52,863 nucleotides of DNA from assembly GCA_031416315.1 (NCBI GenBank), contig JANOTL010000019.1, forward strand, positions 1-52,863, given 5' to 3'. The position numbers and the translations under genes are program-made. This DNA comes from Pseudomonadota bacterium. Lineage in GTDB: Bacteria; Bdellovibrionota_B; Oligoflexia; Oligoflexales; CAIYRB01. Shown in pieces: positions 18,783-28,274 of this stretch (positions are counted from its first letter, which is position 1; each line of letters begins with the position of its first letter). Below the pieces are notes generated by a model. That model did not search any database. It was not told where the DNA came from and was given only the letters and a program-made list of their open reading frames with translations.

Positions 18783-20438
18783 ATGACGCTTCGTGCACGG
18801 CTCTTCACGTCGCTCGCCTTTTTGGCGGCTCTGACGGCCGCCTGCGGTCCGACGTCCTCGTCCTCTTCCACGGCGAGCGCGCCGGCCGTGCCGGCCGTGA
18901 CGGAAGCGGTCCAAGGCGGCATCCGCCTGGTCCGCGCCGAGAGCGAGCGCCTGCTGATCGAGATCACGGTGCCGCATCCAGAGCTGAAGGAGACGACGCT
19001 CGCCGGCGAAAAGCACTGGCAGCTGGCCGTCGGCGGCTTCGCCAACGGCGGCGCGCCCGGAGCTCCCTCGCTGCCGGTCGAGCGCGCGTTGATCGCCGTG
19101 CCGGAAGGAAAAGTCGCCACCCTCGAGCTCGTCGACCAGACGGTGCTGCAGGAGACGAAGCTGGACGCGCCCGTCGCCTTCGTGGAGGCCCACGCCGCCT
19201 TGCCCGCCTCCACCGTCATGAGCCTCGAGGCCTACGCCGCGGCCAGCAATCAGCCGCGCGTGACCCTCGAGACGACGAGCCACATGGGCGCGGCGCGCGT
19301 CTCGCGCCTCGTCGTGCGCCCCGTGAGCTACGACGTCGCCAATAAGCGACTCAGCTGGGCCTCGGTCGTCACCGCGATCGTGCGCTTCACGCCGGCGCCC
19401 GCGAGCGCCGCCACTCCCGCGCCGCACGCGAGCTTGGCGATCGCCCGGTCGCTCGTCTTGAATCCGGAGGCCCTGCGCCAAACCCCGCCGGCCGCGGGCA
19501 ACGTCGACCTGATCCTCGCGCACGAGTCCTACCGCGCGACGCTTGCGCCCCTGATCCGATTCAAAGAAGGGCGTGGCCGCGAGGTCCGCACGCGCTACTT
19601 CACCAATGCGACGGCCGCCTCGGTCACCGAAGCGATCGGCGCCGAGTACCGCGCGACGCGCGCGCCGACGCACGTCATCCTCGTCGGCAGCATCGACCAG
19701 ATCCCCTCGCACCGGGTCGACGGCATTTGGTCGGACTACGCCTACACGCAGCTCGACGGCGGCGGCGTTCCCGACGTCTCCCTCGGCCGCATCCCGGCGC
19801 AGACGCCGGCGGAGCTCGCGGTCTACGTGCGCAAGGTGATGTCGCGCACCACCGCGACCCGCGACTCCAACCGCTTCCTCCTCACGGCCGGCAACGACAC
19901 CGGTTTCGGCTGCCCGCAAAACGTGGCCCGCGTCGGCGAGCTCGTGAGCCAGTATCGATCGAGTGTCCAGAGCACGCAGCTCTACATGGCCGACGGCGCC
20001 ACCCGGGACGAGGTCTTCGAGGCCTACAACGCCAACCCGAACGTCGTCATCTACGACGGCCACGGCGACCGCCTCGGCATGTCGGAGATCCCGCTCGAGA
20101 TCGACGACCTCCCGAGCTTCACCAACACGGTCTACCCGATCATCCTCGACATCGCTTGCGAGAACGCCCGCTGGCCGTCGACCGGCGCCACCGTGCGCAA
20201 CTTCGCCGAGTCGACGCTCCTCATCGACGGGCGCGGCGCGGCCGGCATCGTCGCCGCGGGCGGCTTCTCCGGCGGCCACGAGTTCTTCCAGCGCATGGGC
20301 ACGAGCATGGGCCGCGACGCGCAGGACCCGGTCCTAGGCGAGATCGGCTCCGTCGTGCACGCGGCCAAGTCGATCGCCGGCGACGAAGACAATTATATGT
20401 TCGGCTACTACGGGGACCCGTCGCTCACGACTTTCTGA
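18783..20438 (+). CDS. peptidase C25 (gingipain-like) lipoprotein
   Basis: LTAAC lipobox; propeptide-like GAPGAPSLP; VILVGS, SDYAY, PDVSLGRIP, YDGHG (His), IACEN (Cys), YYGDPSL end. Confidence 0.82.
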   Translation: MTLRARLFTSLAFLAALTAACGPTSSSSSTASAPAVPAVTEAVQGGIRLVRAESERLLIEITVPHPELKETTLAGEKHWQLAVGGFANGGAPGAPSLPVERALIAVPEGKVATLELVDQTVLQETKLDAPVAFVEAHAALPASTVMSLEAYAAASNQPRVTLETTSHMGAARVSRLVVRPVSYDVANKRLSWASVVTAIVRFTPAPASAATPAPHASLAIARSLVLNPEALRQTPPAAGNVDLILAHESYRATLAPLIRFKEGRGREVRTRYFTNATAASVTEAIGAEYRATRAPTHVILVGSIDQIPSHRVDGIWSDYAYTQLDGGGVPDVSLGRIPAQTPAELAVYVRKVMSRTTATRDSNRFLLTAGNDTGFGCPQNVARVGELVSQYRSSVQSTQLYMADGATRDEVFEAYNANPNVVIYDGHGDRLGMSEIPLEIDDLPSFTNTVYPIILDIACENARWPSTGATVRNFAESTLLIDGRGAAGIVAAGGFSGGHEFFQRMGTSMGRDAQDPVLGEIGSVVHAAKSIAGDEDNYMFGYYGDPSLTTF

Positions 20439-20471
20439 GGCCGGGGCCGAGCCTCTGGCGCGGCGCGCGGG

Positions 20472-20510
20472 GAAAGGGGATAATCTCTCGGAGATCATCC
20501 CTTTCTCTTT
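20472..20510 (+). terminator. probable intrinsic terminator after C25 peptidase
   Basis: gaaaggg(g)at-a-atctc/tcg/gagat-c-atccctttc stem followed by tcttt. Confidence 0.45.
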
Positions 20511-20732
20511 AGATTGTGCCGTTGCGCCAAGACTCCCGTCCGAAGCGCTCGCCGCGGGAGATTCTCCTTGCGGGCATAAGGCGGTAAACCATTTGATTCG
20601 ACAGCCAAAAATTCCGATTTTACCCGGCTTTGCCCAGGTTTTTTTGGCGTGTTCGGGTCAGTTCGCGGCAGGTTCTGCCGATAGTCCTCGTAAGATCGAC
20701 GAATCTTGCGGGGTTATTGCGAACTCGTGGCG

Positions 20733-21479
20733 ATGGACGCCAAAATACTCAACGACGACGGCGCGCCGGTTCTCCGCAGCGCCGAGGTCTACGTTGCCAC
20801 CGAAGAGCTGGCGCTCGCGAACGCCGAGAAGGTCGAGCTCGACCTCGTGATCACCGCGCTTTCGGCCGTCAGTCAGCATCCGTGGGCCTTCTTCGCGGCG
20901 AAGCGCTTGTTCGACATCGTCCTCGCGTCCGTGCTCCTGATCCTCGGGCTCCCGTTCCTGCTCGTCGTCGTCGTCCTCATCCGCATCGACTCGCCCGGCC
21001 CGATCTTCTTCCGCCAGGAGCGCGTGCGGCAGGGCCTCCGACGCTTCTGGATCTTGAAGTTCCGCACTATGTTCCACGACACCCGCCCGTTCCCCGTCGC
21101 GATCTTCGACGCCCAGAGCGGCACCTATCGTCGGCCGCGCGTGAGCGAGGACCCGCGCTTGACGCGCGCCGGCCGCATCTTGCGACGCTACAGCGTCGAC
21201 GAGCTGCCGCAGATCCTGAACATCCTCCGCGGCGAGATGAGCTTCATCGGCCCGCGCCCGCTCTCGGTGCCCGAGTCCCTCCTGGTCCCGCGCGCGGCTT
21301 TGATGCGCTATGCCGTTCCCTCGGGCATCACTGGGATCGCGCAGCTGCGCTCGCGGGCGGCGATCGTCTCCAACGACCGGTTCGACGGCGACATCGAGTA
21401 TGTCGAGAATTTGTCGGTGCGCCAGGAAGTGAAGGTGTTCTTCGGGACTTTCAGCCGGCTTTACGATCGGACGATCTGA
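20733..21479 (+). CDS. polyprenyl-phosphate phosphoglycosyltransferase (bacterial sugar transferase family)
   Basis: KRLFDI, SPGPIFFRQERV, KFRTM, DPRLTRAGRILRRYSVDELPQILNILRGEMSFIGPRP, GITGIAQ. Confidence 0.92.
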   Translation: MDAKILNDDGAPVLRSAEVYVATEELALANAEKVELDLVITALSAVSQHPWAFFAAKRLFDIVLASVLLILGLPFLLVVVVLIRIDSPGPIFFRQERVRQGLRRFWILKFRTMFHDTRPFPVAIFDAQSGTYRRPRVSEDPRLTRAGRILRRYSVDELPQILNILRGEMSFIGPRPLSVPESLLVPRAALMRYAVPSGITGIAQLRSRAAIVSNDRFDGDIEYVENLSVRQEVKVFFGTFSRLYDRTI

Positions 21480-21531
21480 GGGTCGGGATCCGAAGCTGCT
21501 GGCGCCGCACCTATTGAGGACGTTCCCGGCC

Positions 21532-22785
21532 TCAGGTGATCTGCCCCCGAAACGCCTTCACCGGCTCCACCAAGGCCGCCTTCCGCGCCGGCGCCAACGC
21601 GGACAGCCAGCAGATCACGACCGCTCCCGCGAAGACCAAGGCCGTGATCCCGAGGCTCGCCTTCGGGTGAACGATGAGCAAGCCCGCGCCGAAAGGGCTC
21701 TTGAACGGCACGCCCACCAGATCCATCGCGATCACCACGGCGTTGCCGACGATCGCGCCGCCGGCGCCGCCGAAGAGGCCGATCAAGGCCGCTTCCAGCG
21801 TGAACAAGAGCTTCACGTCGAAGGGTCGGGCGCCGATCGCCATGAGCGTGCCGATCTCGATCGTCCGCTCCGCCACCATCATGAAGATGATGTTCAAGAC
21901 GGAGATCGCGGTCGAGAGAAAGAGCAAGGACGAGATCACCAGCACCACCGAGTCCCAGATCTTCCCGACGTTCTTGATCATCGGCTCGATCCGCCACCAG
22001 CCGCGCAGCTCCGCCTTCGCGCCGCGCGCCTGCGCCTCGTACCTCTCGACCCAGCGCTCCGCCACCACGTCCTTCTTCAGCCGCACCGCCAAGGTCGTGT
22101 AGCGATCCGGCAAACGAATCAGCTTCTGCAAGAGCTCGATGTGCGCGTAAACCACCCGCTTCGAGAAGCTCGGGAGCGCCGCGTCGACGATGCCGGTGAC
22201 GATCGCGTCGACGCCGTTCGCGGAGCCCGACACGGTCTGCGTGATCAAGGTCACCTCGTCGCCGATCTTGAGCTTCATCGACGCCGCGAGCCCCTTGCCG
22301 ATGGCGATGCCGTTTTTCTGCGCGTCGCTCGGGAAGCTGCCCTCGTCGTTCTTGGTGAAGAGGCGCGGCGACACCAGGAGCTCGTTCGCCGGCTCGACGC
22401 CCTTACCGATGAAGTAGAGGCTTTCTTCCCCGGTCGAAAGAATACCCTCTAGGTCCAGCCGCCTGACCGTGGCTTCGACGTCGGAGTCGGCGCGCACCGC
22501 CTTCTCGATCGCGTTGCCGTTCTCCAGCGTGAGATCGGCCTGCACGCCTTCCTGCTTCTGCAGATAGCCCTCGGAATGCAGCTGAGCGTGCGCGGAGCCC
22601 GTATCCGAAGCGCCGTCCTGCCAAAGCTTCATGATCGCCGTCGAATACCGGTTGGCGATGATCGCCACGGATACTGAAAACAGCACGGTGAAGATCGTCA
22701 ACGTCGTCCGGCGGCTGTTGCGCCAAAGGTTGCGGAACGCGTAGCGCAGCGCGAAGCGATAGTAAGACTGGCCACCCGTGTTCAT
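21532..22785 (-). CDS. ABC transporter permease, FtsX/LolE/MacB type
   Basis: AFRNLWRNSRRTTLT, large periplasmic loop, ERTIEIGTLMAIGA, PARKAALVEPVKAFR; ATG 22785 overlaps GH3 stop. Confidence 0.88.
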   Translation of the reverse strand: MNTGGQSYYRFALRYAFRNLWRNSRRTTLTIFTVLFSVSVAIIANRYSTAIMKLWQDGASDTGSAHAQLHSEGYLQKQEGVQADLTLENGNAIEKAVRADSDVEATVRRLDLEGILSTGEESLYFIGKGVEPANELLVSPRLFTKNDEGSFPSDAQKNGIAIGKGLAASMKLKIGDEVTLITQTVSGSANGVDAIVTGIVDAALPSFSKRVVYAHIELLQKLIRLPDRYTTLAVRLKKDVVAERWVERYEAQARGAKAELRGWWRIEPMIKNVGKIWDSVVLVISSLLFLSTAISVLNIIFMMVAERTIEIGTLMAIGARPFDVKLLFTLEAALIGLFGGAGGAIVGNAVVIAMDLVGVPFKSPFGAGLLIVHPKASLGITALVFAGAVVICWLSALAPARKAALVEPVKAFRGQIT

Positions 22786-24455
22786 AGGAGGCGCTCCTCG
22801 CGCAGTGCGGCCGCCTCGGCCGGGTCGGGAATCAGGAAGGGATGCTTGTATTGTTCCAAATTTTCCGCGCATTTGTCCATGCGACGCGCTCTTAGGCGAG
22901 CGAAAGCGCCGCCCGGCACAGCGAGCACGGCGAGTGGCAGGATCCGCCCGGAGGCGCGCTTCTCGTCGTACTCGACGTTCGCCTCCCGCAGCAGGGCGTC
23001 GAGCCGCGCCGCGAGCCGCTCCGCGTCGCGCGGCAGATCCTGAGCCTCGACGTGCAGAAGGTAGCGCGCCTCGGTGCCCTCGAGCCGCGGCGCGACCACG
23101 TACTCGGCGATGCGCACGCCCAGCTCCGCCAATGCGCGGCCCGCCGCCTCCACCACCTGGAACGCGCTCAGCTTCTCTCCCGTCAAGCTCGCGACGTGCG
23201 CGCCCTTGCTCAGGAACGAAAGCAAGGGCGCTTCGCCGCGAAATCCGGCGCAGAGGACGAGATCGCCGAGGTCATAGCGCACGAGCCCGCCCGAGGTCGT
23301 CACCACGAGAAAGTAGCGTTCCCCGACCGTCAACTCGTGCGCGAGCAAGGTCCGCGGATCGGCGCTTCTGCCGTGGTCAGCCTCGCGAATGAACTCGTAG
23401 AACGCGGCGTCGACGTTCAGGACGCCGTGCTCCACCTCGTCCTCGAGCGGCAAGGTCATGCGCCCTTCGCTGGCCGAAAGCCCGTGGTCCCGCCTCGGCA
23501 CCGCGCCGTAAGCCTCGTCGAGATGACCAAGATAAGACTTCAAGGTGCCGCCGGTCCAAACGCCCAGAAGCTCCAGCTCCGGCCACGCCGCCTTCGGCAA
23601 AAGCCGCGGGAGCCGCGCGAGCGCCGCCGCGCGCCGCGGGTCCGGCTTGAGATAAGCCGCCGCCGCGCGCCGCACCGACGGCTCGAAGCGCTCGGCGCCG
23701 GCGAGCGAGCCGTCATGCAGGTCGCGCAGCAAGCGCTCGCCGTCTTTCTCCAGCTTTTTCGCCAAGGACAAGAGCGTGCTCGGATTCGCCGTGGTGATCA
23801 TGCGCAGATCGTCGCGCCGGAGCGCCAAGCGCAGGGCAAGATACCAGCGCGCCTCCGCGTCGGCGACGGTCGCCGCTTCCGGCGGGATGACGTTGGTGAA
23901 CCGCATCGTATGGTGCATCGCGTGGAAGAGGAGGCCACTGATGCTTCCCATCGGAATTCCGGCGGCGGAGCGCGCGGTTCGCCAGCCGCTCGCGAGATTG
24001 AGGACGCCCCCGCGCGGAATCCGCGGATGCGCCTCCGAGACGCCGCAACCCCACACGGTCCAGCTCCGCCGATATTCGCGGAACGACTCGCGCGTCACCG
24101 GGATCGCCTTCGCCGCCGCGGTCGTCCCGCTCGTCATCGCGAACATCAGAAGCTCGGTCTCGGGCGCGAACAAGGCCGTCTTCTCGCCGGCCTTGAGCCG
24201 CTCGACGTAAGGCGCCACGCGCTCCGGCCCAGAGACCGGCAGGGCGCTCCGGAGGTCCTCGAGGCGTCGCACGCCTTCGAGGCCGAAATCGCGGGCGAAC
24301 GCGCTCCCGCGCAAAGCCTCGAGGTGCCGCTCCAAGCGTTCTGCCTGCACGGCCTGGGCGCGCGGCAGGAGCCCGAGGAAGCGCACGAGCTGGCGCCGCC
24401 GCCACGCCAGGACGAGGCGCGAGACGGGCTCGAAGATGAGCCGCGGCGGCCTCAA
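22782..24455 (-). CDS. GH3-family acyl acid-amido synthetase
   Basis: MTSGTTAAAKAIPVT, LSASEG, FYEFI, GGLVRYDLGD, GEKLS, NVEYDEKR; TTG 24455 with GAGG preferred over 24611. Confidence 0.85.
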   Translation of the reverse strand: MRPPRLIFEPVSRLVLAWRRRQLVRFLGLLPRAQAVQAERLERHLEALRGSAFARDFGLEGVRRLEDLRSALPVSGPERVAPYVERLKAGEKTALFAPETELLMFAMTSGTTAAAKAIPVTRESFREYRRSWTVWGCGVSEAHPRIPRGGVLNLASGWRTARSAAGIPMGSISGLLFHAMHHTMRFTNVIPPEAATVADAEARWYLALRLALRRDDLRMITTANPSTLLSLAKKLEKDGERLLRDLHDGSLAGAERFEPSVRRAAAAYLKPDPRRAAALARLPRLLPKAAWPELELLGVWTGGTLKSYLGHLDEAYGAVPRRDHGLSASEGRMTLPLEDEVEHGVLNVDAAFYEFIREADHGRSADPRTLLAHELTVGERYFLVVTTSGGLVRYDLGDLVLCAGFRGEAPLLSFLSKGAHVASLTGEKLSAFQVVEAAGRALAELGVRIAEYVVAPRLEGTEARYLLHVEAQDLPRDAERLAARLDALLREANVEYDEKRASGRILPLAVLAVPGGAFARLRARRMDKCAENLEQYKHPFLIPDPAEAAALREERLL

Positions 24456-24648
24456 TCGGACCTCTGCCGCAGGCGCTGTTCGGCGCGCACGAGCGCGCGC
24501 GCCTGCGCGCCCGCGGCGCGCGCACGCTCGACCGAAGCGCTCCCGATCTGGCCGGTAGCGCCCGTTACGAAGAGCACGGCGGGCAAAGAGCTCATCTCGA
24601 AAGTTTAACACATTGGCATTACTAAAGAAAAACAGGTATTGCTAAGGG

Positions 24649-25485
24649 GTGAGCTCCACTCGACTACCGACCCTGCCGCAGCCCTCGCCGGAGCGCCTCG
24701 CCTTGGCCGACGGCACGGCCCGCGCCGTGCGCCGTTGGGGACCGCGCGAGCACCCGACGTTTCTCTTCCTCCACGGTATGGAGAGCCACGCCGGCTGGTT
24801 CGACGCTGTAGGCCGCGCCCTCGCGGCGCGCGGCCTAGGCGCCGTCGCGTATGACCGCTGCGGCTGGGGCGCCAGCGACGGCGAGCGCGGCCGCCTGGAC
24901 GCGCCGCAGCAGGCCTTGGCGGAGCTCGCCCTCGTGCGCGCCGCGGTCTTCGGCGACCGAGGCCCGCACCTCGTCGGCCTTTCGTGGGGCGGCCTCCTGG
25001 CCTTGGCGGCGCGCCTCGCGAGCCCTGGCGCCTTTGCTTCGCTGACGCTGCTGGTGCCCGCGATCTTCCCGCGACGGCGCGTCGCCGCCAGCGCCAAGGT
25101 CAAGGCCGCGCTCGCCGGCATTCCGGCCCTTCGCACCCTTCTGCCGCTGAAGGTGAAGCTTCCCATCGAGGACCGTGATTTCTCGCAGGGGTCCGAAGCG
25201 CTCGCCTTCGTCGGCCAGGACCCGCTGCGCGTGCGCGAGGTGCACGCCGGATTTCTTCTGACGACCTACAGAATGCAGCTCGAGGTCCGCGGCGCCGCGC
25301 AGGTCGAAAAGCCCGCGACCCTTCTTCTCGCCGCCGAGGACGCGCTGATCGACGGCCCGAAGACGGAGCGCTTCGCGCGCGCCTTGGGCCTTTCCTGCGC
25401 GACTTTGCCGCACACCCGGCATTCCCTCGTCTTCGACGCACCCGACGGCGTCGCCGACCGTCTCGCGGCCCAGGTGAGCCTATGA
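24649..25485 (+). CDS. alpha/beta hydrolase, lysophospholipase/monoacylglycerol lipase-like
   Basis: LHGMESHAGWF, DRCGWGASDGERG, GLSWGG, EDALID, RHSLVFD. Confidence 0.85.
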   Translation: MSSTRLPTLPQPSPERLALADGTARAVRRWGPREHPTFLFLHGMESHAGWFDAVGRALAARGLGAVAYDRCGWGASDGERGRLDAPQQALAELALVRAAVFGDRGPHLVGLSWGGLLALAARLASPGAFASLTLLVPAIFPRRRVAASAKVKAALAGIPALRTLLPLKVKLPIEDRDFSQGSEALAFVGQDPLRVREVHAGFLLTTYRMQLEVRGAAQVEKPATLLLAAEDALIDGPKTERFARALGLSCATLPHTRHSLVFDAPDGVADRLAAQVSL

Positions 25486-26564
25486 GCCGCATCGTCGGAG
25501 TCGAGGTCCACGAGCTCCTGATCCCCTTCCGCCTCCGCTTTCGCCACGCCGCGCACGCGCGCGACAAAGCCGAGCATCTCGTCGTCGAAGTTACGCTGGA
25601 AGGCGGCGCCAAGGGCTATGGCGAGATCCTGCCGCGCGCTTACGTGACCGGTGAGACCGTGGCCACCGCGCTCGCCGACGCCCGCGAGCTTTGGGCCCCC
25701 GCGCTGAAGACGCTGCAGCTGGACACCTCCGGGCCGAACCCGCCGTTCGCAGCATTGGCGCCACTTTACGAAGAGGCCGACGCTCAACGCAAGCTCGCGA
25801 GCTACTCCGGCTTCGACGTCGCCGTATTCAACGCCTGGGCCGCCGCCGCGGGGATCACACTTGCGACGGCGCTCGGCACCGCGGCGACGCCGCCCCCGCT
25901 CCGCGTAGCACCCATCGGCATCGGCTTTCCGCCGCGCCTGGCCGCGCATATCGCGCGCCTCTTCCGCCTGCGCGCCTTCAAGATCAAGGTCGGCGACGCC
26001 AAAGGCTTGGAGCGCGTCCTCGCCGTCTACGCCCACGCTCCGAAGGACGCGAGCTTCGTTCTCGACGCGAACCGCGCGCTGCACGAGCTGTCCGCGACCG
26101 CCCTCCTCGCCGCGCTGCGGCTGGCCGACGTGCGCCTCGACGCGTTCGAAGAGCCGCTCGCCTCCGGCGACCCGCTCGCGCTCGCGCGCCTAGAAGAGAC
26201 GACCGGCGTCCCGGTCATGGCCGACGAGTCGCTCGTCACCCGCGCTGACGCCGCGCTCCTCCTGCGGCACCGCGCGGCGAGCTGGTGGAACCTCCGCCTG
26301 GCGAAAAACGGCGGCTTTTCGGGCCTCCGCGCCCTCGCGGCCCTGGCGCGCCCGGCCGGCCTCACGCTCCAGCTCGGCGCCCTCGTCGGCGAGACGGGGA
26401 TCACCGAGGCCGCCTCCGACGCGGCGCTCGCCCTCCTAGGCCCGGTTCGGCGGCGCGAATCGAGCTACCCGCGATGGCTCTTGAAAGAGGATCCGGCGCC
26501 GGGCGGCAAGGTGTCTCGGGCCAAGCTCGCGCGGTGGACCCGAGCGACGCACCGGCTTTTCTGA
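25482..26564 (+). CDS. enolase-superfamily enzyme, muconate-lactonizing/dipeptide-epimerase subgroup
   Basis: GYGEILPRAYVTGET, FKIKVG, LDAN, FEEP, MADES, NLRLAKNGG; ATGA overlap with hydrolase. Confidence 0.82.
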   Translation: MSRIVGVEVHELLIPFRLRFRHAAHARDKAEHLVVEVTLEGGAKGYGEILPRAYVTGETVATALADARELWAPALKTLQLDTSGPNPPFAALAPLYEEADAQRKLASYSGFDVAVFNAWAAAAGITLATALGTAATPPPLRVAPIGIGFPPRLAAHIARLFRLRAFKIKVGDAKGLERVLAVYAHAPKDASFVLDANRALHELSATALLAALRLADVRLDAFEEPLASGDPLALARLEETTGVPVMADESLVTRADAALLLRHRAASWWNLRLAKNGGFSGLRALAALARPAGLTLQLGALVGETGITEAASDAALALLGPVRRRESSYPRWLLKEDPAPGGKVSRAKLARWTRATHRLF

Positions 26565-26574
26565 GCGCCGTGGC

Positions 26575-28041
26575 CTAGCCCCTCTCGTTCTTGCCAACCT
26601 TGAGCACTTGGCCAACGTAAACACGATCTCGTTTGATCTTGTTCACCTTCTTCAGCTCGTCCAGCGACATGCCGAAGCGGCGCGCGATGGTCTGCAGGTT
26701 GTCGCCGTTTTTCACCCGGTACTTACGGACGAGGTTCGCCACGGCGGCCGAGACCTGGCCCGGATCGACGATCAGCTTTTGGCCGACCGCCAATCGGTTC
26801 GAGCGCAGGGAGTTCATGCTCTTCAACTTGGCCACCGTCAGCCGATGATCCGCGGCGACCTTGGCGATCGTGTCGCCGCGCCGCACCTTGTAGTAGCGGC
26901 TCTCGGCCGAAGCGGCGGGCGCGGGGCCAGCGGCCTCGGCGATCTTCTTCGTCCCGCGCAGGCGCAAAGACGCGAGGCTCTCGAGCTTGTTCTCGACGAG
27001 GGCGAGCTGATCGCGCGGCACCCAGATCCTGTAGGTCGCCACGTCGGGCGGCGTCACGCCGCGGAGCACGTGCGGGTTGAACTCCTTGATCGTCTCCACC
27101 GGGATCCCCGTCGCCGCGGCGACGTCGACGAGGCGGACGGGCGAGGGAATCGCCACCGAGGCCAAGGTCGGCGACATCTCGACCTTCAGATCGTCCAGGC
27201 CGTAGCGCTTCGGATTGTGGCCGATGATCGTCGCCGCCAGGAACTTCGGGATGTATTGCATGGTCTCGGCGGGCAAGGCGCGCAGGCGCACCATCTCCCA
27301 GAAATCCCGCGTCTTCGCGCGCATGATCGCGCCCAGGATCCGGCCCTCGCCGGCGTTGTACGCCGCCATCGCCAGATACCAGTTCTGGAAAACGTTGTGG
27401 AGATCCTTCAAATAAAGGGAAGCGGCGACGGTCGCGCGCATCGGGTCTCTCCGCTCGTCGACGTACGCGTCGACGCGCAGGCCGTAGCGACGGCCGGTCT
27501 GCCGGATGAATTGCCAGATGCCGACCGCCTGCGCCGAGGAGGTCGCGTGCGTGGCGAAGCCGCTTTCAATCAGCGCCTGATAGTAGATCTCCGTGGGGAT
27601 CCCTTGGTCCTTCAGGACCGCGGTGACGATCGACTTGTATTTCTCGCCGCGCTCGAGATAGCGCCGAAACCGGTCGGCGTCCTTCACGGTGAAGTACTCG
27701 ATCCAGCGCTCGACGTCGGCGTTGAGCTCGAGCGGGATCTTCGCGTGCGAGATCTCCGCCCCGACCTTCGCCGCCTCGGCGGCGCCGGCGGCGGCCGGAC
27801 CTTCGGGGTCCGCCGCGACCGCCTTGTTCGTGAAGCTCTCGAGCGCTTTCTCGACGATGGGCGCGGTCTCGGCGGCGCCAGCCTGGGCGGCCTCCTCGCT
27901 CAGCGCTCCTTCGGGAGGCGGTGGCGCAACCCTGGAGTCGATCGGGCTCTCGCCGGTCGTGGCGCAGGCTGAAAGGACGAAAGCCAAGCCCAGAGCGGCG
28001 CGGCCGGCCCAGACTTTGAAGGAACGCAGTGCTGATTGCAT
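26575..28041 (-). CDS. mltD: MltD-like lytic transglycosylase lipoprotein with two LysM domains
   Basis: LSAC lipobox, ALIESGF, AVGIWQF, AAYNAGEG, ETMQYIPK, YKVRRGDT and YRVKNGDNL LysM repeats. Confidence 0.88.
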   Translation of the reverse strand: MQSALRSFKVWAGRAALGLAFVLSACATTGESPIDSRVAPPPPEGALSEEAAQAGAAETAPIVEKALESFTNKAVAADPEGPAAAGAAEAAKVGAEISHAKIPLELNADVERWIEYFTVKDADRFRRYLERGEKYKSIVTAVLKDQGIPTEIYYQALIESGFATHATSSAQAVGIWQFIRQTGRRYGLRVDAYVDERRDPMRATVAASLYLKDLHNVFQNWYLAMAAYNAGEGRILGAIMRAKTRDFWEMVRLRALPAETMQYIPKFLAATIIGHNPKRYGLDDLKVEMSPTLASVAIPSPVRLVDVAAATGIPVETIKEFNPHVLRGVTPPDVATYRIWVPRDQLALVENKLESLASLRLRGTKKIAEAAGPAPAASAESRYYKVRRGDTIAKVAADHRLTVAKLKSMNSLRSNRLAVGQKLIVDPGQVSAAVANLVRKYRVKNGDNLQTIARRFGMSLDELKKVNKIKRDRVYVGQVLKVGKNERG

Positions 28042-28145
28042 GGGAGCTCCTGGCGCAGAGCGGCCTTATCGCGCGGAGAAGGAAGCGCGCGGACCGGTGC
28101 TGAAACGGGAAGGCTGACGTGGATCGAATTTGCCGTGTAAAGGCG

Positions 28146-28154
28146 ATTGTACCA
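28146..28154 (-). promoter_or_regulatory. possible extended -10 promoter for the mltD-like gene
   Basis: TGGTACAAT (TGn-TACAAT) on minus strand about 105 bp upstream of ATG. Confidence 0.35.
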
Positions 28155-28274
28155 CGTGGACCGCGAGGCCTTGCCTACCGCGCTACGCCAGAAACGCTTT
28201 GACACGTACGGCACGAGCGCAAAAAATAGAAAGAAGGCCAAGGGCACTGCTAGCTTCCCGGAGTGTGTTGAGTG

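Noticed and set aside
20581..20592. GGCGGTA upstream of the sugar transferase as an ops/JUMPstart element
   Set aside because: Matches only 7 nt of GGCGGTAGnnTG and no long operon follows
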